Sequence record: MK524176.1
Strand: one strand, 5' to 3'
Source of the DNA: Escherichia phage PHB11
DNA: 64,000 nucleotides
Position numbers and translations under genes: made by a program. Under the pieces are notes generated by a model. The model searched no databases. It was not told where the DNA came from and saw nothing but the letters and a program-made list of their open reading frames with translations. Positions 40,077-50,660 of this stretch are shown piece after piece (the stretch's first letter is position 1; each line of letters opens with the position of its first letter).

Positions 40077-40976
40077 TTATTTACCTACTGACAAAGGTGC
40101 TTCAATCTTTCCTGCATGTTGATAGTTGCTAATACCACCAATAAAGTCACTTGCAGTGAGATGTTTTAAGTCACTTAAAGTGTTAAGTGGGATACCAATC
40201 TCAAAAGTTGGTGCATGGAACTCTTCATTGTTCATTAGTTCATAAACCTGCTTCATGTGGTTCTGATAAATCTGAGTATCTCCAAAGACACCTATCAAAT
40301 ATCGTGGAGTGTATCCAGTCATCTTACAAAGAACTTCCAGAATAAAACCATAAGATGCAATGTTAAACGGAAGTCCTAAAAAGGTGTCTACAGAACGCTG
40401 ATACCATTGTAAGTCAACTTCACCCTCGTTAGTGATATAAATCTGAAACAGAACATGACAAGGTGCTAGAGCCATTGAGTTTGCTGCAATATCTGCTGCA
40501 TTCCAAGCATTAACAAGCATGTAACGGTCTGTGATATCACCCTTCATCTTCGTTACTAAGGTCTCTAACTGGTCTACAACACAACCATTATGACCTTCAA
40601 AGTTTCTCCACTGAACTCCATAGATTCTTCCACCTGCATCTTCTAACCAATCTTGTTCAGAAGAATAATTAGAGCTTAACCAACGTTTAAAATCATCTGA
40701 CCAGATAGTCCAACGTTCTCCGTCATTTTCACCCCAAGTGCGGTAACGGAGTTCACCAAGCTTATTCTCACCATTCAGGAACCATAAAGCTTCTCCGATA
40801 ACTTGCCGTGTAAACACCTGTTTAGATGTTAAGAGTGGGAAACCAGTTCGCATATCAAAACGAAACTGAGGTGGAGCAAATGCAGAGATAACATCTCCAG
40901 TTCGTGTGGTACGCAGTTCACCAACTGATAAAACATGGTTCAGGATATTTTTGTAACTCAAATCTGCTTGTGACAT
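40077..40976 (-). CDS. thyA: Thymidylate synthase
   Basis: 299 aa; conserved active-site Cys context (ALAPCHVLFQIY) and overall ThyA-like pattern. Confidence 0.8.
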   Translation of the reverse strand: MSQADLSYKNILNHVLSVGELRTTRTGDVISAFAPPQFRFDMRTGFPLLTSKQVFTRQVIGEALWFLNGENKLGELRYRTWGENDGERWTIWSDDFKRWLSSNYSSEQDWLEDAGGRIYGVQWRNFEGHNGCVVDQLETLVTKMKGDITDRYMLVNAWNAADIAANSMALAPCHVLFQIYITNEGEVDLQWYQRSVDTFLGLPFNIASYGFILEVLCKMTGYTPRYLIGVFGDTQIYQNHMKQVYELMNNEEFHAPTFEIGIPLNTLSDLKHLTASDFIGGISNYQHAGKIEAPLSVGK

Positions 40977-40977
40977 A

Positions 40978-41523
40978 TCAAAAGTGCCCTTTTACTTGTG
41001 GAACATAAATTTCAAAAGTTGCTTTACCATCCTCTGATGGTTTTGACTGTACCTTTGTAAATACACGGTTATCATACAACTTTTCAAAGAAGTTTTCAAA
41101 AGGTAAATGAACAGTGGCCTCTTCAGTAACTTTATGGAAAACTGTATGGAACACTACATCAGCATACGGTAAAGCATTGACAAGGACACCTGCACCACCA
41201 ATTACAAAGACATCTTCATCAATAGAGCTATCAAGATACTTCAAAAATGCTCCAAATGACTCTTTACTGGCTTTAGCATACATTACCTCATCTTTGCCAA
41301 AGTCTATGCCTAAGTATGGTACAGAGTTTGTTAAGATGAGGTTTGCACGTTCTGGTAAGGGTTTACTACCCAGAGTCTTAAAAGTCTCATTCCCCATCAC
41401 TACTAAGTTATTTTTAGTGAGTCTCTTAAACTCTTGCATATCCTGTTTATGTCGAGGCCACGGCATACCAGTTGGAGTACCAAACTCACCATTTTCACCA
41501 CTTGCAAAGATTAGTTTAATCAT
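40978..41523 (-). CDS. folA: Dihydrofolate reductase
   Basis: 181 aa; N-terminal IFA...G.PW...D...F pattern typical of DHFR; adjacent to thyA. Confidence 0.7.
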   Translation of the reverse strand: MIKLIFASGENGEFGTPTGMPWPRHKQDMQEFKRLTKNNLVVMGNETFKTLGSKPLPERANLILTNSVPYLGIDFGKDEVMYAKASKESFGAFLKYLDSSIDEDVFVIGGAGVLVNALPYADVVFHTVFHKVTEEATVHLPFENFFEKLYDNRVFTKVQSKPSEDGKATFEIYVPQVKGHF

Positions 41524-41780
41524 TTTATAAATCCTTTCTTAATAAACCAGTTGATAACATTCTTCACAGCTTTATTGCTATGGTAGATTAAGTGTGGTGT
41601 AGGTTGGTATGAGCCATAGGCCCAGAATGATAGATGCTCACCACAACCAACACATGTAGTACTTTCTTCAGCTATATGACCATTAACAATCACATGAACT
41701 TCACCTTGCAAATCTGTACACCCACAATGTGGACAACGTATAGGTGTTCCATCAGACTCATAGCAGTGTTCAATTTTCAT
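41520..41780 (-). CDS. Zinc-ribbon protein
   Basis: 86 aa with CPHCGC ... CVGCGEH Cys pairs. Confidence 0.5.
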   Translation of the reverse strand: MKIEHCYESDGTPIRCPHCGCTDLQGEVHVIVNGHIAEESTTCVGCGEHLSFWAYGSYQPTPHLIYHSNKAVKNVINWFIKKGFIK

Positions 41781-42296
41781 TTATTTAACCTCAAAAACTG
41801 GCTCAAGAGCCAATATAAAGTCTACACAGTCATCTTCTTCATCCAGAATACCATCAAAGTTCTTAGGAACGAAGTCGAAGAGGCTCATAACAAAACAGTC
41901 AGAAGTAACCCTAATAGTGCCTCCCATATTCTCTACAGTCAACACTGTACGACTTTCTTTTACCTCTCGCAGAAGATTGCTCACAAAGTCATCTAAGAAG
42001 TACTTCATCAGTGACTTAAAGCCTTTAGGGTAATCTGTACCAGAGTATGTTTCAATCTGAGGTACAAGCTTAACATTTATACTAGTCTTTGTTAAGAACG
42101 TGCTAGAGAACATGCTATCAGGTAATTTACAAACAATCTTTCCAGTGCCTTCATGCTCAATCTCAACAAAACCAGCTTCATCACCACATGTAACTATTTT
42201 AAAAGATGCTTCATTCTCATACTGTGAAGCCATAAACTTTTTAAGCATCACTTTAAGGAAGTCTGCATGAGCATCTTGTAAGTAGATATCAATCAT
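41781..42296 (-). CDS. Hypothetical protein
   Basis: 171-aa ORF. Confidence 0.5.
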   Translation of the reverse strand: MIDIYLQDAHADFLKVMLKKFMASQYENEASFKIVTCGDEAGFVEIEHEGTGKIVCKLPDSMFSSTFLTKTSINVKLVPQIETYSGTDYPKGFKSLMKYFLDDFVSNLLREVKESRTVLTVENMGGTIRVTSDCFVMSLFDFVPKNFDGILDEEDDCVDFILALEPVFEVK

Positions 42297-42309
42297 AACT
42301 AATCACCTA

Positions 42310-42669
42310 TTATGGGAACAGACACTTAATGTCATCGTTTTTGAAAACGAAACTTGTGTAGTTGTGACCATCAACATCCAGCCAAACAGCCTGAACATCT
42401 ACACCATCAAGATTCTGGTAAAGCTCTTTGATGAAGTGGTCTTTTACAATCTGACTGCTAGTTGTTTCCAGCTTAATGTTAGAGATTGCTGAACCTACAG
42501 CCATATAACCCATGACACGTTTCTTCTCAGTATGCTTAATCTTACCATCTTTGTAAGCCATAATGAGATTGGAAAGAATCTTCACACCATAATACTTTTC
42601 AAGGTGAGTCGGTACACCATAAAAACCTAATGCGAAGTTTTCAGAGTGGATAATGTTTTCACGTTTCAT
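42310..42669 (-). CDS. Hypothetical protein
   Basis: 119-aa ORF. Confidence 0.5.
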   Translation of the reverse strand: MKRENIIHSENFALGFYGVPTHLEKYYGVKILSNLIMAYKDGKIKHTEKKRVMGYMAVGSAISNIKLETTSSQIVKDHFIKELYQNLDGVDVQAVWLDVDGHNYTSFVFKNDDIKCLFP

Positions 42670-42670
42670 A

Positions 42671-43000
42671 TTAATCTGCCAGCCTTAAATTAAAATTAAC
42701 ACCAAATTTTTCACATACTTCCAACATAAACTCAAGAGAGACATTACCAGTGAGATTAATTATGTTGGATACACGAGCCTGAGAGATACCACAAATTTTA
42801 GCAACTTGCTCTTGAGAAAGACCTCTGGATTTAATCTCTCTCTTAAAACGATGTGCAACGAAATCTCTCATTTCGTCTACATCCATTGGACAAATATAAC
42901 TCTCCATTTCAGCCTCTCTGTCAGCCTCCCAACCATCTTGTGGAGCATAAGGGTCAAAAACCTCATTCATCTTTCTTCTTCCGTTTACGTGAAGTGTCAA
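42671..43000 (-). CDS. HTH DNA-binding protein (putative transcription regulator)
   Basis: Helix-turn-helix-like LSQEQVAKICGISQARVSNIIN near the C-terminus. Confidence 0.5.
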   Translation of the reverse strand: MTLHVNGRRKMNEVFDPYAPQDGWEADREAEMESYICPMDVDEMRDFVAHRFKREIKSRGLSQEQVAKICGISQARVSNIINLTGNVSLEFMLEVCEKFGVNFNLRLAD

Positions 43001-43175
43001 TCAATGAATCTATGTTTGTAGCCCTAACCTTTTCACGTTCATCGTTAAGATAATCATCAAGAGCCTTCTCAATCTGTGAATCATCTTGACAGATAACTGT
43101 AAAGACTGTAAAGCCATCTGTATCATCAATTATCTTACCATAACCGCTTCTGGGATGTAACTTTTTAAGAGCCAT
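42963..43175 (-). CDS. Hypothetical protein
   Basis: 70-aa ORF. Confidence 0.4.
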   Translation of the reverse strand: MALKKLHPRSGYGKIIDDTDGFTVFTVICQDDSQIEKALDDYLNDEREKVRATNIDSLIDTSRKRKKKDE

Positions 43176-43176
43176 A

Positions 43177-43560
43177 TCAAATACCTGTGCAGCTTCTGTT
43201 TTCTAAGAAATACTCAACACCATACATAGCTTTTTGCATCAAATCTTCTTTAAACTGAATACGATGATTAAGCATAGTCTGTACATCAATATCATCATGG
43301 TGCTTTTCTTTAATATTTGCAGATTGCAGGAAATACTCTCCAAGAACACGATACTGATAGTCAGTTACCTTGTCAGTCATCTCTGTTAAAGACTCTTCAG
43401 AGATTGGTTTAAGTAACTCACCATTAGCCAAAGCAACACCTTTAACAATCTGACAAGTGTCTTCTGGAACACCTGATAAGTCTACATTTGGAAGTTCTGT
43501 TGCATTGACTGGTAAATTCATTGCCATAACCATTGCAGCGGCTAATAAAACCTTTTTCAT
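43177..43560 (-). CDS. Secreted/periplasmic protein (signal peptide)
   Basis: N-terminal MKKVLLAAAMVMAMNLPVNA signal-peptide-like segment; 127 aa. Confidence 0.55.
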   Translation of the reverse strand: MKKVLLAAAMVMAMNLPVNATELPNVDLSGVPEDTCQIVKGVALANGELLKPISEESLTEMTDKVTDYQYRVLGEYFLQSANIKEKHHDDIDVQTMLNHRIQFKEDLMQKAMYGVEYFLENRSCTGI

Positions 43561-43663
43561 AATAACCTCAAAGCTATATTAAATTTTGTATTACATTGAG
43601 TATAAAAATAGGCTATAACACCTGACTTGTCAACAGATTTTATAGCTTATTTGGCAGATTTTT

Positions 43664-43925
43664 TATAAGGCTACTGCCATCCTTCCATACATTACCTTAC
43701 CTTACCTCACCTGACCTGACCTGACCCTACCTAACATTACCGTGCCACACCTCACTTAAAAACCCTCTTAAAAGACTCTTAAGTGATGTAAGTCTCATTT
43801 TAATGTAGCTGAGACTAACTACCCATACCTGACCGAACATTACTAGGCCTTACCAGACACTACAGAACAGGACAGCACCGCACCTTATTAAAAGACCCTG
43901 TTTAAAGACCTTTTAAAAAGGAGCC
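43664..43925. repeat. Mosaic repeat region R1 (G-depleted ACC-rich pentamer tract, two conserved hairpins, AAAAG direct repeats)
   Basis: Shares 13-45-nt blocks with 45064..45350; pentamer tract 43692-43735; hairpins CACTTAA..TTAAGTG (43753-43785) and AGTCTCA..TGAGACT (43791-43816). Confidence 0.7.
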
Positions 43926-43948
43926 TCCGAAGAGGCTACCTAGTCAAC

Positions 43949-44389
43949 TTAGAAAGGTTTTCTACGTTGCTTGTTAATGTTAGCTTTCATAGCAGCTAAG
44001 TGGTTTTGCTGTTCAATCAGTCGTGAGCGTTCTTGATGGCTAAGTTCCATAGTGTTCACATTCTCAATAGCTTGAGTGGCTTGCTTTAAAGCTCGACCAA
44101 TCTTACCAGACATTTTACGTTTTGCAATAGTTGCTTGATGTTTAGGTTCAACCACACGATAACCAACACCCATTGAAGCAACCAGATAAATCTTCTCTTC
44201 TTTAAGAAGCTTCTCAATAAACTTCTCAAGTCGGTTTAGACGTGTAAGTGCATAAGCCTTCATTTCATCTTCGTACTTAACAATGTCGCCTTGATAAGTT
44301 GGCTTCACAATACCTAAGAAGGTGTCCATCTCAGAATGTGATACAGTGTCACCGTAACTAAACTTTGCTGCTAATGCTTTTGTATTCAT
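43949..44389 (-). CDS. Hypothetical protein (cassette gene 2)
   Basis: 146-aa ORF; C-terminal basic region. Confidence 0.55.
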   Translation of the reverse strand: MNTKALAAKFSYGDTVSHSEMDTFLGIVKPTYQGDIVKYEDEMKAYALTRLNRLEKFIEKLLKEEKIYLVASMGVGYRVVEPKHQATIAKRKMSGKIGRALKQATQAIENVNTMELSHQERSRLIEQQNHLAAMKANINKQRRKPF

Positions 44390-44391
44390 AA

Positions 44392-44997
<606 letters not shown>

Positions 44998-45063
44998 TTA
45001 GTTGATTGTTAAGTTGTTTGTAAAGAACCCTCAACAGAAGACTCTTTAGAAACTTGGTAGATT

Positions 45064-45350
45064 TTTAACGTGGCTACTACCATCCACCCATACCGTGCCA
45101 CACCACACCGGACTATACCATGCCCAACCCTACTACACCAGACCTTATTAAAAGACCCTCTTAAAAGACCTTTTAAAAAGGTAAGTCTCATTTTAATGTA
45201 GTTGAGACTAACTACCCATACCTTACCGCACCGGACATTACCGGACCGCACATCACCGCACCAAACCAAACATCACATTACCTGACCTCACCGCGCCTTA
45301 CCATACCTCACTTAAAAACCCCTCTTAAAGATTCTTAAGTGATGCTGGTG
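45064..45350. repeat. Mosaic repeat region R2 (same blocks as R1 in a different order)
   Basis: Blocks: GGCTACTACCATCC, ACCGTGCCACACC, hairpin AGTCTCA..TGAGACT (45184-45209), hairpin CACTTAA..TTAAGTG (45309-45341), TTATTAAAAGACCCTCTTAAAAGACCTTTTAAAAAGG; strongly G-depleted plus strand. Confidence 0.7.
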
Positions 45351-45374
45351 AGTACCCGTTGGTTTATGCTGCTC

Positions 45375-45402
45375 AGTATACTCACCAAATTTTCTATGTC
45401 AA
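45375..45402 (-). promoter_or_regulatory. Sigma70-like promoter on the minus strand (TTGACA-16-TATACT)
   Basis: Minus-strand reading AAAAGTTGTTGACA..TATACT; would give a roughly 380-nt leader through R2 before the 44994 start. Confidence 0.45.
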
Positions 45403-45408
45403 CAACTT

Positions 45409-46512
45409 TTATTCATAATCTCGTATAACGAGGCCAACAGGGAACTGTAAAGAACCTTTACGAGTCATCTTCTGGAACTGAACCGTCAAAGGTTTCCCGA
45501 TAAACTCTTCAGGATGTTCAGCAAGATACTGTTTCTTCTCATGAGTAGTCTTCCATGAGACATCTACAAAGACGTTAGGAAGAGTCTCTACAACGAACTT
45601 GCCATGACCACGCTTATCAGTCTTTACACCAGTCACTTTAAACTCTTCAGTGTGCATCTTCTTGTGCTTAATCAAGAAGTATGAACGGTGACAACACTCA
45701 TAGAAGGAGTCTTCAGAGATTGAACGGTACATTGCACCTTCAAACTTGGCTTCAACCCACTTATCATGAGCTTCATCAAACTCTTCCCAAGAATTTACAC
45801 GACGAGACTTAACAGGAACAACTTTACAGCCGTCTCTAAAGTCATTCAATGGTGAAGTCTCAATAATATCTCTACGCTCAGGCCACGTCTTAGTACTGTC
45901 ACAGATATCATACCAGTAAAACTTGAGCAAGTGTCTGTCAGGATTGTCTTCATTTTTAATCATGGAGACGATATCTTCTAAGTCCCACCCATGAGCATAA
46001 ATCTCTCCATCAAATTCATCAACATCTTTGTGGAGCCTTAACATTGCCATAATGTCAGGTATTAGTTCAGTAGGGATTTTATAAACAGTATTCTCACGAG
46101 AATATGCTGTAAACACACTACCAATACTCAAGTGTCTTGAAATCCTACAACGTACACCATCAAGCTTCGGTTGAGCATCAGCAGGGAACTTCAGATACTT
46201 TGCATGACTAACCTTTGCAGCATCATGAGCAAGCTGTACACCTACCTTCTCAGTATTCTGTGCAGACTCTTTTGTGTAAGCATAGCCTTTGCGGTCAACT
46301 TGCTTTTTATACTTAGCAGCAACTTCAAAGAGAGCTTGCTGTTCAGCATTACGCTCATTCTTTTTACCGATGTTTTTAGGTTCTGCTGTATACTCTTCAA
46401 ACATCATCTTGCCATTTTCTTTACCGTAGGTTGTAATAACTTTGTCACCTACAGCAACGCATGACCAGACGTTAAAAGAGCCGTCTTTATTTTGTTTGTA
46501 CAGAATTGTCAT
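45409..46512 (-). CDS. ATP-dependent DNA ligase
   Basis: Motif I KLDGVRC (adenylated Lys) and motif III FDGEIY; 367 aa. Confidence 0.8.
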   Translation of the reverse strand: MTILYKQNKDGSFNVWSCVAVGDKVITTYGKENGKMMFEEYTAEPKNIGKKNERNAEQQALFEVAAKYKKQVDRKGYAYTKESAQNTEKVGVQLAHDAAKVSHAKYLKFPADAQPKLDGVRCRISRHLSIGSVFTAYSRENTVYKIPTELIPDIMAMLRLHKDVDEFDGEIYAHGWDLEDIVSMIKNEDNPDRHLLKFYWYDICDSTKTWPERRDIIETSPLNDFRDGCKVVPVKSRRVNSWEEFDEAHDKWVEAKFEGAMYRSISEDSFYECCHRSYFLIKHKKMHTEEFKVTGVKTDKRGHGKFVVETLPNVFVDVSWKTTHEKKQYLAEHPEEFIGKPLTVQFQKMTRKGSLQFPVGLVIRDYE

Positions 46513-46715
46513 TTTCTCTTACCACCAATTTCTACGTCAATAACTTGAACATCACCAGCAACATCAAACTTATGAATGATGCTTTCCACAGTGTAAGTCC
46601 AACCTTCGATGCGAACCAACTCACCTTCTCGTGGGACGATTGGGTTACGTTGAGCTACCGTTGTAGTGGAGTGAACAACATCATAACGGTAGATATAGTT
46701 TACTAAGACTTGCAT
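46509..46715 (-). CDS. Hypothetical protein
   Basis: 68-aa ORF, overlapping start/stop. Confidence 0.4.
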   Translation of the reverse strand: MQVLVNYIYRYDVVHSTTTVAQRNPIVPREGELVRIEGWTYTVESIIHKFDVAGDVQVIDVEIGGKRK

Positions 46716-46724
46716 ATCTTCACC

Positions 46725-46931
46725 TTAAAAGAATAAGTCAGATGCTTTTGGGTTTGTCTGTTCACGATAATCTAACTCTCTGTATGTTTTCAGATAGTGG
46801 GTAATTTGTGCAGGCAATTCATGGCTTTTAACATCTGAACGTAGTAGTTGCCAATCAAAACCTTTACCGACTCTCCCATATAAACTAAATAATTTTACTT
46901 TGCTTTTCATTTTGGTATCCCCAATACTCAA
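46725..46931 (-). CDS. Hypothetical protein
   Basis: 68-aa ORF. Confidence 0.4.
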   Translation of the reverse strand: MSIGDTKMKSKVKLFSLYGRVGKGFDWQLLRSDVKSHELPAQITHYLKTYRELDYREQTNPKASDLFF

Positions 46932-47140
46932 AAGTCAATACTGATACGTTCACCCTTAAGAACACCTGTACGGTCTCTTGCAATCTTACCGTCAACGATA
47001 AGGATATGCGCGACCTTTAAAGCCTCACGATTAAAACCTTTTACGAACTTACTAGGCATCACCACAATAAGCATCTCTTGAATCAACTCTGGAGTGTAGC
47101 AATTATCGTGAAGTTGCTGAATAACGTCTGAAAGTGTCAT
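46928..47140 (-). CDS. Hypothetical protein
   Basis: 70-aa ORF. Confidence 0.4.
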   Translation of the reverse strand: MTLSDVIQQLHDNCYTPELIQEMLIVVMPSKFVKGFNREALKVAHILIVDGKIARDRTGVLKGERISIDF

Positions 47141-47191
47141 ATAGCCTCCTATATAAGATATTGTATAAGGTACTCTTCCATGAGCACCTTG

Positions 47192-47707
47192 TCAACTTAG
47201 TTTTGCAAACTCTCCGTGGAGTTTTATCGCAGCTTCACAGTAAGCTTTATGGGCCTCTTCTTCTGTTGTGTACGTCCCGATATGTATAGTCTTACCATTA
47301 TGGCTAATCTGGGCTTTCCACTTACCAGACTTACTTCTACTTGTACCTTTTAAGTTTTTTGATGTTCTAGGTTGCCTCCTATTAGACATGTTCTGTTCTT
47401 TTGTGGCCTCTCTAAGATTGTCCCAAGCATTATTCAAACCGTTCCCGTCTTTGTGGTCAATATGATTGTCAGGCCACTTACCTGTCATCCAGAACCAAGC
47501 AATTCGGTGATTGCCTGTCCTGTATCCTAAAATCTGGGTTTGCATATACACACCAGACCTTGTGCGCTTGATTGTACCAGCCTGTCTTCCAATCACCACC
47601 CTACTGCTATGTGGAGGTCTGCCAATCCAAGTCAAGACCCCTGTTTCGGGGTCGTAGTCTAACCAAGATTTTAACTGTTCATGTGTGAATCCACAATCTC
47701 TCATCAA
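47192..47707 (-). CDS. HNH homing endonuclease with C-terminal AP2-like DNA-binding domain
   Basis: IDHKDGNGLNNAWDNLREATKEQN HNH motif; C-terminal GKWKAQISHNGKTIHIGTYTTEEEAHKAY AP2-like; start overlaps DNA polymerase stop. Confidence 0.7.
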   Translation of the reverse strand: MMRDCGFTHEQLKSWLDYDPETGVLTWIGRPPHSSRVVIGRQAGTIKRTRSGVYMQTQILGYRTGNHRIAWFWMTGKWPDNHIDHKDGNGLNNAWDNLREATKEQNMSNRRQPRTSKNLKGTSRSKSGKWKAQISHNGKTIHIGTYTTEEEAHKAYCEAAIKLHGEFAKLS

Positions 47708-50433
47708 TGTACCTCATACCACGATTTACCAACCTTACCAGTACCTGTAACAAGTGTTTCTTTCTTTAGTCCTAAGTTTTTAGAAGCTTGTCCATAATAC
47801 CAATCAGTGACAGCTTTCACCTCTGCCGTCATACTTTCTGGGCATTCCCAACTCGTCTCATCGTGATAGGAGCACAATAAACGAGCACCTATAGCTGGTT
47901 TGCGACCGTTTAACTTCATCAAACCTTCGTCAATCATACGACGACAAGCGAGGTTAATTGCTTCATTCTGAATCTGGCTTTCCGAACCCATGAGCAAATA
48001 ATTCAATAACTTATGTGGAGATTTACACCACAACCAAGCTCCAGCAACCTTTACAAAACCCCCTTTAGAGATTGCAGCAGTCTTACCAAACACCTCTTCA
48101 AGTGCCTTTTTAGTCGCTTTGTAGTCAGCTTCCAAGTCATCTAGTAGCTTCTTAATCTTAGGCAAACGGATAAAGTAAGTCTGTTTAGTCAGTGCACCTT
48201 CCTGAGTAGTTGCAGCTTTAATTGTCTTAGCAAACTTCTCATCACCTGCACCAAACAGTAGTGCATAGATACCATTCTTAGCTTTCTTACGACCCTTGCT
48301 AATCTCATGAAGAAGGTTCTCATCCTGAGTAGCTCGACAAGTCAAGATATCCTGCTCATCATTCAAGCTAAAGTAAATACTATTCAGTGTGTGTGCATCA
48401 GTCCCTGAATAGACAACGTAAAGGTCATTCTCAGAGTCATAACGCAGATACTTGTCAACTTCTGGGTTAAGGTACTCATCAAAATGTTTGCAGTAATAGC
48501 GTCCATCTTCTTGACGAATAAACTCAATCTCTTCTTTACCTTGCGTTACCGCTTTGGTGAAGTCTTTGTCACCCATAAAGTTACAAAGGAGAACTAGCTG
48601 GGCTGAGTTCATGTCTACAGAGACAACGTTAGTACCTTCTTCACAAATCCACACTGCCCTCATTGGCTCACCGTAAACAGCAGCACCAGAAGGTACGTTT
48701 ACAATACCATACTGAGTCATACGTCCAGTAGAAGTACCAAACACCATTGCACCAGCACTAAGGCGACCATCAGGACGAATCTGGTTCAACCAACCTTTTT
48801 CATCATCTTTTGAGTTCTCAATAGTTCTGCGTCGGTGCATCAAAGTATAGTATTTAGCAATCTTCTGTCCAAGCTCACCTTCAATCGTATCATAAGATGA
48901 TTCAGTAAGTTTTGGTGAAGTACGGATTAAGCAAGGCTCAAGCAAATCTGTGTACTTCTTCACAGACCAGTTATGCTCAATGTACTGGACACCTTCGTGT
49001 TCAACATAACTCAAGCCACATCGTTCAACCATCTCCTGCCACTTAGGATGCTTTGTAATCATCTTTTTGTTGTCTTTGAAACGACAAACTTTGACAGGAC
49101 GACCGTCAGAGTCTTTCTTGTAGTTCCAGTCATCTGGAATCCAACCAACTGATTTCAAGTAATCTTTAACAACTGCTACCTGAGTCATACGAGAAACTTC
49201 GAACTCAATTGGTGTATATGGTGCATCAATCAAACCTGTGTAGCGACTTGACTCAAGCTCAAAGTGGTTAACGACATGGCTGTTATAGTACTTCACAGTT
49301 TTAACTGTTTTTACTGGCTTCCAGTCTTTGCACTTCTTACCAATCTTTGCATTCAACTCATTGCAAATTGCACGAGCATCCTTCATTGCTACAAAACCTT
49401 CCTTGTACTCTTCACCAGTTACAGAGTTGGTTGGTGTATAGCAATTCCGCTTTTCAATGTTAAAAATCTTTGTAGTTGGCTTACCAAATGGCTTGATTTC
49501 GTATGTCTGCATCTCACCGTTACGTACCTGTTGACGATACTTTGTCTTAGGGTACTTGGTAATTCTCTTCAGTCCATCTGCATGACCGAATGCTTCAACA
49601 TACTCATTCCAAGCTTTTGCAAACTCTTCTCCAGTGACTTTACCTTTGGTCTTAATAGTTGGAGGAAGATGTGGTTCAACCTCTGAAGCAAGCTCATTAG
49701 TCAACTTGTCAAGTTCCTTTACATGGAACTCCATAAGCTCTTTATCAGCTTTCCAACCATTGATAGCTTGTTGACTCATCCAGAAAGATGTTTCTTTAGC
49801 TCGCATATAGGTTTCATAGGTATCTATGCCACACTTCTTTAGCTTGAGATATTCATTATCCAGTGCACGTTTAGTTTTGGCGTTAATACGGATATCTTCT
49901 ACAACACGAGTGAAGATTTCTGCATTCCACACACCCCAATGTTCAATCTCTGGTTTACGTACACCAACACGAGCACCCCATGCTGCCAAGCCATGAGCAC
50001 CTTTATAGCCCTTTGGAGTTGGTCTATCCATCCACTGAACACGAGACTGGATAAGAGAATCCTGAAAGAAATTACTCCACGGCTTACACTTTGGATTATC
50101 AAAGTTCCACAAATCAGGTGCAATGTGATTGAAAACCCACCAGTCATATCCCAGACCATTATGGATGCAAAGTCGTTTTGCCTTTAACGCAAACTCAACA
50201 CCTTCACGCAAGCCACCCTTAATGTACTTGGTATACTTGTGACCGAGGATAGGCTCATCTGTAAAGACCCATACAGGTGGCTCTTCATCGTCAGATTTAT
50301 AGTCTGCGAAAGCCATTACGTGCACTTTAGTGAACTCAAGGAGTAAACCATCAGTTTCTGTATCACCAACTAAATGTAAGTTTTTAAAATCTACGTTTTC
50401 CATTTTTACTCCCTCTAAAATCATTAACCCCAT
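47704..50433 (-). CDS. DNA polymerase, family A, with 3'-5' exonuclease domain
   Basis: 909 aa; exo motif LVGDTETDGL; polymerase motifs VSVDMNSAQLVLL (A-like), KNGIYALLFGAG (B-like), SYHDE (C). Confidence 0.8.
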   Translation of the reverse strand: MGLMILEGVKMENVDFKNLHLVGDTETDGLLLEFTKVHVMAFADYKSDDEEPPVWVFTDEPILGHKYTKYIKGGLREGVEFALKAKRLCIHNGLGYDWWVFNHIAPDLWNFDNPKCKPWSNFFQDSLIQSRVQWMDRPTPKGYKGAHGLAAWGARVGVRKPEIEHWGVWNAEIFTRVVEDIRINAKTKRALDNEYLKLKKCGIDTYETYMRAKETSFWMSQQAINGWKADKELMEFHVKELDKLTNELASEVEPHLPPTIKTKGKVTGEEFAKAWNEYVEAFGHADGLKRITKYPKTKYRQQVRNGEMQTYEIKPFGKPTTKIFNIEKRNCYTPTNSVTGEEYKEGFVAMKDARAICNELNAKIGKKCKDWKPVKTVKTVKYYNSHVVNHFELESSRYTGLIDAPYTPIEFEVSRMTQVAVVKDYLKSVGWIPDDWNYKKDSDGRPVKVCRFKDNKKMITKHPKWQEMVERCGLSYVEHEGVQYIEHNWSVKKYTDLLEPCLIRTSPKLTESSYDTIEGELGQKIAKYYTLMHRRRTIENSKDDEKGWLNQIRPDGRLSAGAMVFGTSTGRMTQYGIVNVPSGAAVYGEPMRAVWICEEGTNVVSVDMNSAQLVLLCNFMGDKDFTKAVTQGKEEIEFIRQEDGRYYCKHFDEYLNPEVDKYLRYDSENDLYVVYSGTDAHTLNSIYFSLNDEQDILTCRATQDENLLHEISKGRKKAKNGIYALLFGAGDEKFAKTIKAATTQEGALTKQTYFIRLPKIKKLLDDLEADYKATKKALEEVFGKTAAISKGGFVKVAGAWLWCKSPHKLLNYLLMGSESQIQNEAINLACRRMIDEGLMKLNGRKPAIGARLLCSYHDETSWECPESMTAEVKAVTDWYYGQASKNLGLKKETLVTGTGKVGKSWYEVH

Positions 50434-50462
50434 ACATTACTGCAAAAAATTATAAAAAGCAA

Positions 50463-50487
50463 GTTGACAATGTACTTGACAAGGTGT
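50463..50487. promoter_or_regulatory. Second copy of the conserved tandem-TTGACAA block in a divergent intergenic region
   Basis: GTTGACAATGTACTTGACAAGGTGT, 24/25 identical to 8331..8355. Confidence 0.5.
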
Positions 50488-50660
50488 TAATCTTTGCGAA
50501 GTGGGTTTTTACTTAAAAGGTTACTTAACAGTTTAACTATACAGATACTTTAAAACTCTTAAAAGATTATTTAATAGCTTTTAAAAAGCTTTAAAGTATA
50601 ACGTATAGAATACGTTAAGATAAAAGATTAAAACTTAATAGTTACTTAAAAGAGGCTTAC

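Noticed and set aside
43692-43735. Reading the ACC-rich pentamer tract as a telomere-like or other eukaryotic-type motif
   Set aside because: The context is a phage genome; the resemblance is coincidental. Kept only as an unexplained repeat within R1.
45009-45269. 86-aa minus-strand ORF within repeat region R2
   Set aside because: Its Gly/Val/Cys/Arg-rich translation is a by-product of the GGT-rich repeat; no RBS; the sequence is conserved as DNA blocks, not as a reading frame.
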